Source of the DNA: Chloroflexota bacterium
GTDB lineage: Bacteria; Chloroflexota; UBA11872
Assembly: GCA_965247475.1 (NCBI GenBank)
Contig: OZ252016.1
Coordinates: 654,143-718,142 of the forward strand
DNA length: 64,000 nucleotides
Reading direction: 5' to 3'
Shown here: positions 10,770 through 20,205 of the stretch, piece by piece
Position numbering within the stretch: the first letter of the stretch is position 1
How the letters are laid out: each line of letters starts with the position of its first letter
The notes under the pieces: generated by a model
The model's database searches: none
What the model saw: the letters and a program-made list of their open reading frames with translations, nothing else
Told to the model about the DNA's origin: nothing
Translations under genes and position numbers: made by a program

Positions 10770-11762
10770 CTACAGATCCACAGGCCGACGCAGCCCCGCG
10801 GACTCGTAGACGGCATCCGCCATCCGCACGGCCCACGCGCCGTCCTCCGCATCGGCGATCGCGCGTCCACGCCCGCCGATTGCGGACACGAACGAGCGCA
10901 GCATCGCCCTGTCCGCCGCGCCGCGCTCGGGCTGCTCGTGCACATCCACCAGCGGTCGACCGCTGGTCGCAATGCGTGCCCGTTCGAGGTCCTGCCACAT
11001 GTCCGCGGCGCTGGTGCCATCGCTGATGGTGCCCCACCATCCCGACAGCCGCTCGCTCCTCCCGATCTCACCGATCACCAGTTGCGCGACGGCCCCGTTT
11101 GCAAAGCGCACCATCGCCGCGAACGTGTCGCCCAGTCCGGCCCTGCGCGTGAAGCGCCCGCCCACTGCCTGAATCCGAGCCGGGCGGGAGACTGCCAGGT
11201 ATCGGGCGAGGTCCAGCGCGTGCGTGCCCACGTACGCCAGCACGCCGCCCTGCGCCGCATCGCCTTGCCACGCGTCGATCAGCGGATCGACGGTCGCGTG
11301 CAACGTGATGGCCAGCGGGCGCGGGACTCGGGCCTTCACGCCGCGAACGGCCGGCGCGGCGCGCCGCGTGAACCCCACCGCGCAGGTCGTGCCCGCGGCC
11401 CGCACGGCGCGACTGGCTCGGTCGGCATCCGCGGACCGCAACGCGAGAGGCGCTTCGACCATCGAGTGCTTGCCGGCCTGGGCGGCGGCGATCGTCAAGT
11501 CGGCATGGCTGTCCGGTCGCGTCGCGATGAGGACGGCGTCGATGTCGTCCCTCAGCAGCGCGTCGTTGGTCTCGACGCTCCAGTCATCCATGCCCAGCTC
11601 CGCCGCGAGTGCCGCGGCGGCCTCGGCGTCCAGGTCGATACAACGCCGGATCGCCAGTTCTTCGACGCCCGCGACGGCGCTGGCGAGTTCACGACCGCGC
11701 CGGCCGCAGCCGATGAGTGCGACGCGAAGCTCGCTCAATTGCTCGCCGTCCGCTCGGGGCAT
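10770..11762 (-). CDS. Gfo/Idh/MocA-family NAD(P)-dependent oxidoreductase
   Basis: LRVALIGCGRRGRELA Rossmann motif, about 330 aa. Start chosen at the internal Met MPRADGEQLSELR. Confidence 0.75.
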   Translation of the reverse strand: MPRADGEQLSELRVALIGCGRRGRELASAVAGVEELAIRRCIDLDAEAAAALAAELGMDDWSVETNDALLRDDIDAVLIATRPDSHADLTIAAAQAGKHSMVEAPLALRSADADRASRAVRAAGTTCAVGFTRRAAPAVRGVKARVPRPLAITLHATVDPLIDAWQGDAAQGGVLAYVGTHALDLARYLAVSRPARIQAVGGRFTRRAGLGDTFAAMVRFANGAVAQLVIGEIGRSERLSGWWGTISDGTSAADMWQDLERARIATSGRPLVDVHEQPERGAADRAMLRSFVSAIGGRGRAIADAEDGAWAVRMADAVYESAGLRRPVDL

Positions 11763-11934
11763 GCGATCCCAGCGTACGCGCCCGGCGATCGTTCGCGACC
11801 CGCTCGCGTCACGGATTGCACGGGTGGACCGATGTTCTCCGTGAGCCAAGCCGCCCCCGGGATCGTCAACGAGGAATTAGGATGTTGCACGGCCAGTTAC
11901 TGTCGTATAGTGACCGTCTCAGCTCGACATAAAA

Positions 11935-13095
11935 GTGGACACCCACTTGCGCGACGAACCCGCCGGCCGCACGCGAAAGCTGCGCCGCGCGGAGATCATC
12001 AGCCTTAGCGCGGCGTTCGTCATCTTCATCGTCGTGGCCGTCCTCGGCGCGATCGTATGGCTGCGCTCCTCCGAGTCGACGCCGGCCGCGCCGGTCGTGA
12101 CCGGCACGGCGCCCCCCACGCGTGTGGCGGAGCCGCGCCCCACGGCCAGTCCGGTCGAAGCGGCGCCACCCGTCCCCATTCGTCCGGTGGTCGAAGTGCC
12201 GGTCGCCAGCAGCCCCAATCCGATCGATCTGATCCCGGACTGGCCCGACGATCGACCCGTCGGCGTCCTGTTGCTGGGACTCGACCGGCGCCCAGGGGAA
12301 CGCGTCGCTCGCACCGACGCAATGGTGCTCGTCCGCGTCGAGCCGTCCAATCGGACCGCGACGCTCATATCAATCCCGCGCGATTTGTGCGTCGCCAACT
12401 GCTCGACCAGCCCGTACCGGATCAACACCGTGTGGGAGGCGGAGGGACCCGCGTCACTTGCCAGCCGCGTCGCCGGGATCCTGGGCGTGCAAGTGGACTA
12501 CTGGGTCACGCTGGACTTCCCCGGGTTCCGGCGACTGGTGGATTTCTTCGGCGGCGTTGACGTCGAGGTGCAGCGCGCCATCTACGACCCGACCTTCCCG
12601 AACGCGACCGACACGGGGTTCGATCCGTTCTACGTCGAAGCCGGAATGAACCACTTTGATGGCCAGATGGCCCTCAACTACGTGAGGACTCGCCACCAGG
12701 ACGGCTCGTTCGCGCGCGACCTGCGCCAGCAGGAGCTGCTCCTCGCGCTCAAGGAGCAGATGCTCTCGCCTCAAATGCTGGTGCAGTCCCCCGCGCTCCT
12801 TCGAGAGCTCAGCAACGCGTTCGAGACCAACGTGCCGCTGGACGCCGCGCCCTCGCTGGGCAAGCTCGTGCTCCAGATCGGAGCGGACCGGATGGTTCGC
12901 GGCAACCTAGAGCCGGAGCGCGGGATGCTCCGTCCCGTGATCTCGGAGAGCGGCGCCTACGTGCTGCAGCCGAATGTCCCGCTGATTCAGGCGTACGCGG
13001 CCGAGCTGATGCGGCAGAGCGAGTCGCTCGCGGCGCCCGATGCCGACACGCCCGAGACGGTGCAATTCGCGGACCGTCAGCACCTCGAGCCTTAG
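11935..13095 (+). CDS. LytR-CpsA-Psr (LCP) family cell-envelope phosphotransferase
   Basis: N-terminal TM anchor, a Pro-rich linker, then LCP-domain motifs (LLGLDRRPGERVARTDAMVLVRV...ISIPRDL...NHFDGQMALNYVRTRH). Confidence 0.75.
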   Translation: MDTHLRDEPAGRTRKLRRAEIISLSAAFVIFIVVAVLGAIVWLRSSESTPAAPVVTGTAPPTRVAEPRPTASPVEAAPPVPIRPVVEVPVASSPNPIDLIPDWPDDRPVGVLLLGLDRRPGERVARTDAMVLVRVEPSNRTATLISIPRDLCVANCSTSPYRINTVWEAEGPASLASRVAGILGVQVDYWVTLDFPGFRRLVDFFGGVDVEVQRAIYDPTFPNATDTGFDPFYVEAGMNHFDGQMALNYVRTRHQDGSFARDLRQQELLLALKEQMLSPQMLVQSPALLRELSNAFETNVPLDAAPSLGKLVLQIGADRMVRGNLEPERGMLRPVISESGAYVLQPNVPLIQAYAAELMRQSESLAAPDADTPETVQFADRQHLEP

Positions 13096-13934
13096 CCACC
13101 CGGCTTGCGCGCGGCCACGTAGATTTCCGACGGTTCGTACGCGACCTCGAGGAACCGACGCAGAATGCCGGCGACGCGCGCGAGCTCGTCACGCGTGTGG
13201 TCGGCGTCGGACGCGACCATGTGAATCGCCCGCGCCAGGTCGTGGGCGTATCGGGACTTGGCGACCTGCCCGCCCAACAGCCGCGCCAGACGCCCCTCTG
13301 ACTCAGTCGTAGCCTCCGCGGACCCGGCACCCGAGGGCCGCGCCCGCAGATCGTCGAGGTCGACCGGCAAACCGCGCTGGGCCTCCGGATTCATGCCCGA
13401 CTCGATGTCTTCGAGCCCGGCGTCGCGACAGAGGAACGCAAGCAGATCCGTGTCGTACGGCCGTACATGCGTGGGGTCTCGCCAGAACTCGTGCGCGATC
13501 GTCGGGAGACTGCCCGGATTCGGCGTGGCCAGAATCAGCGTGCCGCCCGGCGTCAGCACGGCGGCCGCGAGCCGGATCAGCGCCGCCGCTCGATCCGGCG
13601 CGAGATGCTCGACCACATGCAGTGCGCTGATGGCGTCGAAGGTTGCGGACGTGCTCTGCAGGAAGTCGAGCGCGTCGCCGCTGTGCACCCGATGCCTCGA
13701 GGCCTGCGCGACCATCGCGGCGTCGAGGTCGATGCCCTCGACCTCGAGCCCGGCCTCGACGGCCACGTCCAGGAACTCGCCCCGTCCGCATCCGACATCC
13801 AGCAGGCGGCCGGTCGGCGGAAGGAACCGCGAGTACCAAGCGCGTGCCGCGCGGACCGTCTCCGGGGCGAACCCGCGGAACTCGTACCAGGAAGCGCCGA
13901 TGACGAAGCTCCGCCGCTTGTTCGGGTCGGCAGC
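13092..13934 (-). CDS. class I SAM-dependent methyltransferase; start codon unresolved
   Basis: The SAM motif LLDVGCGRGEFL and about 44 conserved-looking upstream residues lie in one frame that is bounded upstream by TAG at 13935-13937. The first canonical start is GTG at 13766, downstream of the SAM motif. Confidence 0.6.
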   Translation of the reverse strand, partial: AADPNKRRSFVIGASWYEFRGFAPETVRAARAWYSRFLPPTGRLLDVGCGRGEFLDVAVEAGLEVEGIDLDAAMVAQASRHRVHSGDALDFLQSTSATFDAISALHVVEHLAPDRAAALIRLAAAVLTPGGTLILATPNPGSLPTIAHEFWRDPTHVRPYDTDLLAFLCRDAGLEDIESGMNPEAQRGLPVDLDDLRARPSGAGSAEATTESEGRLARLLGGQVAKSRYAHDLARAIHMVASDADHTRDELARVAGILRRFLEVAYEPSEIYVAARKPGG

Positions 13935-14005
13935 CTAGCACCCCGGTGAGACGTCCGAGCGTAGAATGCCGCGCGCCCCGGGTAGGTCTGCCGGCCACTG
14001 CTCCT

Positions 14006-14818
14006 GTGACCAACGATCACGTCGAGATCTTCTCGATTGGCACTGAGCTGGTCTCCGGCCTGATCCTCGACACGAACGCGCACTGGCTCGCCGACGCGAT
14101 CTCGATCGCCGGCGGCGAAGTCCGTCGGATCGTCGCGCTTCCGGACGATCAGGGCGTGATCGTCGCCGAGCTGGAGGCCGCGGTGCGTCGCCGCCCACGC
14201 ATCGTCATCACATCCGGCGGTCTCGGACCGACCGGCGACGATCTGACCGTCGAGTGCGTTGCCGCCGTGGCCGGCTGCGGCGTCGACACGCCGCGAGCGG
14301 TGCTCGAGAGCTTCGCGGAGCGTCGCGGGACGACGCTCGCCGAAGAGTCATCCCCGTCACGGCTGAAGATGGGCTCGATCCCGGCGGCCGCCGCGCTCCA
14401 CCTGAACCCGGTCGGCTGGGCGCCCTGCTTCAGCATCGGTGTCGCGGACTCCACGATCTGGTCCCTGCCCGGTCCGCCGAGAGAGATGAAGGTGTGTTTT
14501 GCCACCCACATCCGTCCGGCCGCCGGGCGGCTCTTCGCTGGCCGGACGGCGCGTACGCGGGTGCTGATCGACGCCTTCGAGTCGGAGGCCGCGCCGCTGA
14601 TGCAGCGCGTCATGTGCGCGTTTCCGACCGCATATCTCAAGGCCTACATCGGCCTGGCGCTGGACGATGGGCTTCCGGTCGACATCGTCGTGCGGAGCGA
14701 CGACGGCGTCGATCCCGCCGCGCTGCTCCGGCAGGCGCGCGACCTATTTGGCCAGCTGGCCGCCGAGGTCGGAAAGACCGTGGCGCAGGCTGACGACGTA
14801 CGGGCCCAGCACGAATGA
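14006..14818 (+). CDS. CinA-like protein: molybdopterin-binding (MoCF_BD) N-terminal and middle domains only, no C-terminal PncC/CinA deamidase domain
   Basis: EIFSIGTELVSGLILDTNAHWLAD, ITSGGLGPTGDDLT, LNPVGWAPC and LPGPPREM align with CinA residues 1-250. GTG at 14006 (the ORF could start at 13946). Confidence 0.8.
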   Translation: MTNDHVEIFSIGTELVSGLILDTNAHWLADAISIAGGEVRRIVALPDDQGVIVAELEAAVRRRPRIVITSGGLGPTGDDLTVECVAAVAGCGVDTPRAVLESFAERRGTTLAEESSPSRLKMGSIPAAAALHLNPVGWAPCFSIGVADSTIWSLPGPPREMKVCFATHIRPAAGRLFAGRTARTRVLIDAFESEAAPLMQRVMCAFPTAYLKAYIGLALDDGLPVDIVVRSDDGVDPAALLRQARDLFGQLAAEVGKTVAQADDVRAQHE

Positions 14819-15627
14819 CCGAACCAGCAGCCCCCCGCCCTGCGGCCCTCGCCGGCCGCTGGTACCCGGACGATCCGGACGAGCTGCGGGCGGCGATCGA
14901 CGCCATGCTGCGGCCCGCGAGCCCCGAGGCCGGCGAACCGCGCGTGCTGCTCGTGCCGCATGCCGGGCTGGTCTACTCCGGACCGGTCGCCGGACACGCC
15001 TACGCGCGGCTCCGCCAGATCCGCCCGGTTCGCATCGTGGTCGTGGGGCAGAGTCACTACCGGCCGACCGGGATCGAGTTCTACGGCCCCGAGCCGGTCG
15101 GCACCCCGCTCGGGCCGGTGCCGATCGACGTGGAAGCCACGGCCGCGTTGCGCGCGCGGCTTGAGCCATTCGGGCCAACCACGGACGACGTGCGCGAAGA
15201 GCACGCGGTCGAGGTCCAGTTCCCATTTCTGCGCCGCGTCGCGCCGGACATTCCGGTCGTGCCGATCGTCGTGACGATCGGCGCTCCTGAGTCGTGGGCG
15301 GCGCTGGCGGACGCGCTTGTGGCGGCGGGGCTCCTGGAAGGCGGCGTATTGGTGGCGAGCACCGATCTGTATCACGGCCACGATCGCGGCGAGGCCGCGC
15401 GCCACGGACGGGAGTTCGCGCGCCTGCTCGAGACCGCCGACCGGGAAGCGCTCACGAATGCCTGGCGAACCGGTGAGGCGATGGTCTGCAGCCCCGGACC
15501 GGTCCTCGTCGCCGTCGACGCCGCGCGCCGGCTCGGCGGGTCATGGCGGGTCTTGAAGCTGGGGACCTCGGCCGACACGGCGCCCGCGAGCGACTACGTT
15601 GTCGGCTACGCCGCGGCGACCGCTTGA
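14815..15627 (+). CDS. AmmeMemoRadiSam system protein B (MEMO1-like)
   Basis: GRWYPDDPDEL...LLVPHAGLVYSGPVAGHAY. ATGA overlap with the cinA-like stop. Confidence 0.8.
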   Translation: MTEPAAPRPAALAGRWYPDDPDELRAAIDAMLRPASPEAGEPRVLLVPHAGLVYSGPVAGHAYARLRQIRPVRIVVVGQSHYRPTGIEFYGPEPVGTPLGPVPIDVEATAALRARLEPFGPTTDDVREEHAVEVQFPFLRRVAPDIPVVPIVVTIGAPESWAALADALVAAGLLEGGVLVASTDLYHGHDRGEAARHGREFARLLETADREALTNAWRTGEAMVCSPGPVLVAVDAARRLGGSWRVLKLGTSADTAPASDYVVGYAAATA

Positions 15628-15707
15628 CATCGAGCGCGGCGCCGTGGCGCGTCCGATAGACTGCGCGCTGCACTTCCGCGCCTGGCGCTGATTCCAAGGA
15701 TCCCGTC

Positions 15708-17720
15708 ATGAGGTCACGCTGGTCGGATGCGGACGCGACCGGCCTCGATCCGCTCGCGCTGCGGGTCTACACGTCGCGTCTCATCGGCGCCGAGTCCTCC
15801 CTGGTGCTGTTTGGCGGCGGCAATACGTCGGTCAAGCACACGGCGCGTGATCACCTCGGGCGCGACGTGCCGGCGTTGTCGATCAAGGGCAGCGGGTCGG
15901 ACCTGCACAGCATCGAAACGCGCCATTTCGCCGCGTTGCGACTCGACGACCTCCGTTCGCTGCGGGCGCGAGACTCGATGACGGACGAGGTGATGGTCGA
16001 GTTCCTGGGTCATTGCCAGCTCCGGTCTGACGCGCCGCGCCCATCGATCGAGACGCTGCTGCACGCGTTTCTGCCCCTCGATTGGATCGATCACTCCCAT
16101 GCCGATGCGGTCCTCGCGCTTACCAATCAGCCCGATGGCGCGGCGACGGTTCGGGACGCCCTCGGCGACGGCGTGGCGGTCGTGTCCTACCTCCAGCCGG
16201 GCTTCACCTTGTCCAAGGTCGTCGCCGATGCGTACGACGCCAATCCATCGGTGATCGGAATCGTGTTGGACAAGCACGGCCTGGTCACCTTCGGCGCGAC
16301 CGCGCGGGAGTCCTACGAACGACACATCGAGCTGGTGACGCGGGCCGAGGACTACGCGCGGCGGCGAGAGGTGCGCCATGCGCCTTACCCGCAGACGGCG
16401 CCGGCCGCCGGGGAGGCCGCCCGGATCGCGCCCGTGTTGCGCGGCCGGCTCGCGCGCGATCGGCGTGTGGTCGTTCGATTCGATGGCTCGCTGCGCGTCC
16501 GCGCGTTCGTGGACCGGCCCGACCTATCCGCGCTGGCGCTGGTCGGGCCCGCGACGCCGGACCACGTCCTGCGCACCAAGCGGCTGCCGCTGATCCTGAC
16601 CGCTCGCGAGCCGGAGGAGATCGAGGCCGCCGTCGAGGGCTACGCGCGGGAGTATCGAGCCCATGTTCGCCGCCACCAGGCCGAGGGCGGCTTCGAGCAC
16701 GATCCGCGGCCGCGCGTCACGCTCGTCCCGGGCATCGGCATGTTCACGGCCGGCGCGTCGGCGGCGGAGGCGGATGCCATCGCCGGAATCTATCGGCACA
16801 CGATGGACGTGATCGAATCCGCCGACGCCATCGGACGCTACACGGCCCTCTTGGAGGCCGAGCTGTTCGCCATCGAATACTGGCCGCTCGAGCTCTACAA
16901 GCTGTCCCTGGCGCCGCCCGAGCGGCCGCTCGCGCGGCGCGTCGCCTTGGTCACCGGCGCCGGTCGCGGGATCGGGCGCGCGATCGCGGTCGCGCTCGCG
17001 TCCGCCGGCGCATTCGTGCTCGTCACGGACGTCGACGCCGACGCGGCCGAAGCGGTGCGCGACGAGATCGAGGCCGCTGGCGACGCCGCCGACGCGATTG
17101 CGCTCGATGTTGCGGCCGATGCCAATGTGGACGCGGCGTTCGACCACGCCGCGCGAGCGGCCGGCGGCGTTGACATCGTCGTCTCGAACGCGGGCGTCGC
17201 CGACTCCGCCCCGATCGACCGGCTCGACCTGGCGACCTGGCGGCGCAGCCTCGACATCAACGCAACGGGGCACTTTCTCGTCTGCCGCGCGGCCGTGAAT
17301 CAGATGCGGGCGCAGGGGCTGGGCGGCAGCATCGTGCTGATCTGCACGAAGAACGTATTCGACCCCGGGGCGGAGTTCGGCGCCTACAGCGCGGCGAAGG
17401 CGGCCGAGTTGCAGCTGGGCCGCGTGCTTGCCATTGAGAACGGACGGCACCGCATCCGCGTCAACATGGTGAACCCCGACGCGGTCTTCGGCGATTCGGG
17501 TCTGTGGAGCGATGAGCTTCGCCGCGGGCGCGCGGCCGCTCACAACGTCCCGGAGAGTCGGCTGGAAACCTACTACGCCGAGCGGAATCTCTTGCGCGTG
17601 TCGGTCGAGGCGTCGGACGTTGCGCAGGCCGTGCTCTTTCTTGCCTCGGACCGATCCGCCAAGACGACCGGGGCGGTCCTGCCGGTCGATGGAGGGGTTC
17701 GAGGCGCATTCCCACGCTGA
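15708..17720 (+). CDS. bifunctional class-II aldolase (rhamnulose-1-phosphate aldolase-like) / short-chain dehydrogenase
   Basis: N-terminal aldolase/adducin-like domain plus a C-terminal SDR (VALVTGAGRGIGRAIA...YSAAKAA). 670 aa, typical of RhaD-type fusions. Confidence 0.85.
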   Translation: MRSRWSDADATGLDPLALRVYTSRLIGAESSLVLFGGGNTSVKHTARDHLGRDVPALSIKGSGSDLHSIETRHFAALRLDDLRSLRARDSMTDEVMVEFLGHCQLRSDAPRPSIETLLHAFLPLDWIDHSHADAVLALTNQPDGAATVRDALGDGVAVVSYLQPGFTLSKVVADAYDANPSVIGIVLDKHGLVTFGATARESYERHIELVTRAEDYARRREVRHAPYPQTAPAAGEAARIAPVLRGRLARDRRVVVRFDGSLRVRAFVDRPDLSALALVGPATPDHVLRTKRLPLILTAREPEEIEAAVEGYAREYRAHVRRHQAEGGFEHDPRPRVTLVPGIGMFTAGASAAEADAIAGIYRHTMDVIESADAIGRYTALLEAELFAIEYWPLELYKLSLAPPERPLARRVALVTGAGRGIGRAIAVALASAGAFVLVTDVDADAAEAVRDEIEAAGDAADAIALDVAADANVDAAFDHAARAAGGVDIVVSNAGVADSAPIDRLDLATWRRSLDINATGHFLVCRAAVNQMRAQGLGGSIVLICTKNVFDPGAEFGAYSAAKAAELQLGRVLAIENGRHRIRVNMVNPDAVFGDSGLWSDELRRGRAAAHNVPESRLETYYAERNLLRVSVEASDVAQAVLFLASDRSAKTTGAVLPVDGGVRGAFPR

Positions 17721-17750
17721 GCCGCGCCGGTCGGCCGCGCCCAGCGTCGG

Positions 17751-18344
17751 CTATGGCAGCGCGTGGCCCGACACGATGACCTCGCCGTCGCCGACCACAA
17801 GCGTCTCGATGTCAACCGGCACCCGTGGGAGGCCGGCATCGAGCGTCCGCGAGGCCAGCTCCAGCATGACGGTGCGCAGGAATCCGGGGGCGAACAGCTC
17901 GCCGGCCTGTAGCCGCGTCACTTCCACCTCTCGCGTGTTGTTCTCGACGACCACGGCGACATCGATACGGAAGGGGATCTCGAGCCCAAGCGATTCGATC
18001 ACGCCGGTGATCGCCAGCGTTCCCGGCAACAACGCGACCTGCAGCTCGCGAACCGTGCCAAACCAGTGGTCTTCGCGCCTCCACCCGTCGATCAACGCCG
18101 TGAGCTCGTCCTGGCCCAACGTGATCTGAACCGGCTCGGACTTGCCGCTGCCGCGGGCCCGCTCGGTTGCCGCCGTGAACTCCGCGATCAGCGCCGCCGC
18201 CCGCGCGCGTACGTCGCCATCGATCTCGATCCTCGGGAGTCCCGACAGATCGACGTGACCGCGAGTCGCGAACACGCCCAGGATCGCGACCAATGCCGCC
18301 AGCGCCAGCACTGCCCACAGGCCGAGGACGAAGAGTCGGTGCAT
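17751..18344 (-). CDS. hypothetical secreted or membrane-anchored protein
   Basis: N-terminal signal anchor MHRLFVLGLWAVLALAALVAILG; no recognisable domain. Confidence 0.5.
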   Translation of the reverse strand: MHRLFVLGLWAVLALAALVAILGVFATRGHVDLSGLPRIEIDGDVRARAAALIAEFTAATERARGSGKSEPVQITLGQDELTALIDGWRREDHWFGTVRELQVALLPGTLAITGVIESLGLEIPFRIDVAVVVENNTREVEVTRLQAGELFAPGFLRTVMLELASRTLDAGLPRVPVDIETLVVGDGEVIVSGHALP

Positions 18345-18446
18345 TCAGCCGCCCGCCCTACGGACAGATCCTGAGCTCGTGCCTACAGTCCCTTTAGAAT
18401 CGTGCGACCCTGGTCGGGCCGACCAACGTCTCCACACTGACCATAC

Positions 18447-19352
18447 GTGACGATCGACCGCGCGCGTGACGGCGGCGTGCTTGACTCGCTGGCGCGATCG
18501 CCGCTTCTATTCGATGGTGCCATGGGTACCACCCTGAACGCGTTCGAGGACCGCGACTGGGAGGCGCCCGAGGAGGTCACGCTCCGATACCCGGACCGGC
18601 TTCTCGACGTCTATCGCGCATATGTCGCGGCCGGGGCGGACGTCATTTCGACCAACACGTTCGGCGGCAACCTGATCCGGCTTCAGCGTGCGGGTCTCGA
18701 AGACCGGGCCGAAGACATCAATCGCACCGCCGCCGCGCTTGCGCGCGAGGCCGCCGGCGATGGCGCATGGGTGGCGGGCGACATCGGCCAGAGCGGCGAC
18801 TTTCTCCAGCCGCTGGGCGACATCACGCCCGAGCAGATGGACGAGGCCTTCCGCGTTCAAGCCGAGTACTTGGCGGCCGGCGGCGCTGATCTGTTGCTGT
18901 GTGAGACCTTCAGCGATACCAAGGAGGTCGACATCGCGATCCGTGCCGCCAAGCGAACCGGCCTGCCGGTGTTCGCGACCATGACCTATGACATCAATCT
19001 CCACACCATGATGGGCGTTGCCCCGGCCGACGGCTTGCGCGCGTGCGAGGCGGCCGGCGCCGACGTGGTGGGCTGCAATTGCGGGAACGGGCCCGAGGAG
19101 ATGGACCAGGTCATCGACCAGCTCGTGGCCGCCGGCCCCCGCCTGCCCCTCATGGCGCAGTCCAACGCGGGCGTGCCGGAGCTGATCCAGGGCCGGATCT
19201 TGTATCGCTATCCAGCCGAGAAGATGACGGAATACGCCAGCGCCTGGATCGAGAAAGGTGTGCGGGTGATCGGATCGTGTTGCGGAAGCACCGCCCACAC
19301 GACCAAGTTGCTGCGTGAGATGATCGACCGGCGCACGGCGGCCGTCGCCTAG
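18447..19352 (+). CDS. homocysteine S-methyltransferase domain protein (MmuM / MetH N-terminal module-like, Zn-binding)
   Basis: Pfam S-methyl_trans signature: LLFDGAMGT, VGCNCG, IGSCCGST. Confidence 0.8.
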   Translation: MTIDRARDGGVLDSLARSPLLFDGAMGTTLNAFEDRDWEAPEEVTLRYPDRLLDVYRAYVAAGADVISTNTFGGNLIRLQRAGLEDRAEDINRTAAALAREAAGDGAWVAGDIGQSGDFLQPLGDITPEQMDEAFRVQAEYLAAGGADLLLCETFSDTKEVDIAIRAAKRTGLPVFATMTYDINLHTMMGVAPADGLRACEAAGADVVGCNCGNGPEEMDQVIDQLVAAGPRLPLMAQSNAGVPELIQGRILYRYPAEKMTEYASAWIEKGVRVIGSCCGSTAHTTKLLREMIDRRTAAVA

Positions 19353-19445
19353 CGGCCCGCGCTCGCCCGGCTCGACGAACCCGATCCTTGGCTACCATGT
19401 CGCGCATTCGTAGCGCCCGCGCAGACCTGCCGACCGGAGCCTCCG

Positions 19446-20192
19446 ATGGCCGCGGCGTTTAGGCACATGTGGTGGGCGCTCGGCCAGGTGTACTACGAGC
19501 TCGTGGATCTGTTCATCAAAGCGAACCTGCTGTGGTTCGTCGCCGCCGCGCTCATGTTTCCGGCCGTGGGTCTCCCGGGCGGCGCCGCGCTTCAGCAGGC
19601 GATCGCCGGCACACCCGCTGCGATCACCGGGCTCCAAATGGGGATCACAATCGCCGGCGGGACCATCGTCGCGGCCGCCCTGGCCGGCCCCGGCACCGCC
19701 GCGTTGTTCGTCGTGGCGCAGCGTTTCATCGACGGCGATGATCTCTCCGCCGCCGCCTTCTGGTCGGCGTTCCGCCAGTACTTCTGGCGCGGCTGGACGC
19801 TTCTCGTTATGGACCTCTTCGTCCTTTACGCGCTGGTCGTCGGCTTCGTGTTCTACACGGCAACCGGGCAAGTCTTCCTGCAGGCGATCGGACTGGTCGC
19901 GCTCGTCTTGATGGTCTATTGGCTCGCGGCGCAGGCCTACGTCTTCGCGCTGGCGGTGCGCATGGACATGTCGCCGTGGCATTGCATTCGCAATTCGGCC
20001 GTGATCGCGCTCGGTCTGCCTGGGCCGTCGTTCGGTTTCGCGGTGGTGGCGCTGGTGAGCATCGTGCTCAGCGCCGTGCTCATTTTCCCTGTTCTTGTAT
20101 TCGTCCCAGTCACGCTTGCGCTCGTCGGTCTCCGACTGACCGACGAGGCGCTCCGGACGTATCGTGTCGATTCGCCGGATCCCGGCGCCTGA
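19446..20192 (+). CDS. hypothetical integral membrane protein (possibly DUF624/YesL-like)
   Basis: Multiple TM helices; lies 14 bp upstream of the ABC ATPase gene. Confidence 0.5.
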   Translation: MAAAFRHMWWALGQVYYELVDLFIKANLLWFVAAALMFPAVGLPGGAALQQAIAGTPAAITGLQMGITIAGGTIVAAALAGPGTAALFVVAQRFIDGDDLSAAAFWSAFRQYFWRGWTLLVMDLFVLYALVVGFVFYTATGQVFLQAIGLVALVLMVYWLAAQAYVFALAVRMDMSPWHCIRNSAVIALGLPGPSFGFAVVALVSIVLSAVLIFPVLVFVPVTLALVGLRLTDEALRTYRVDSPDPGA

Positions 20193-20205
20193 CCGGTGGG
20201 AGCCA

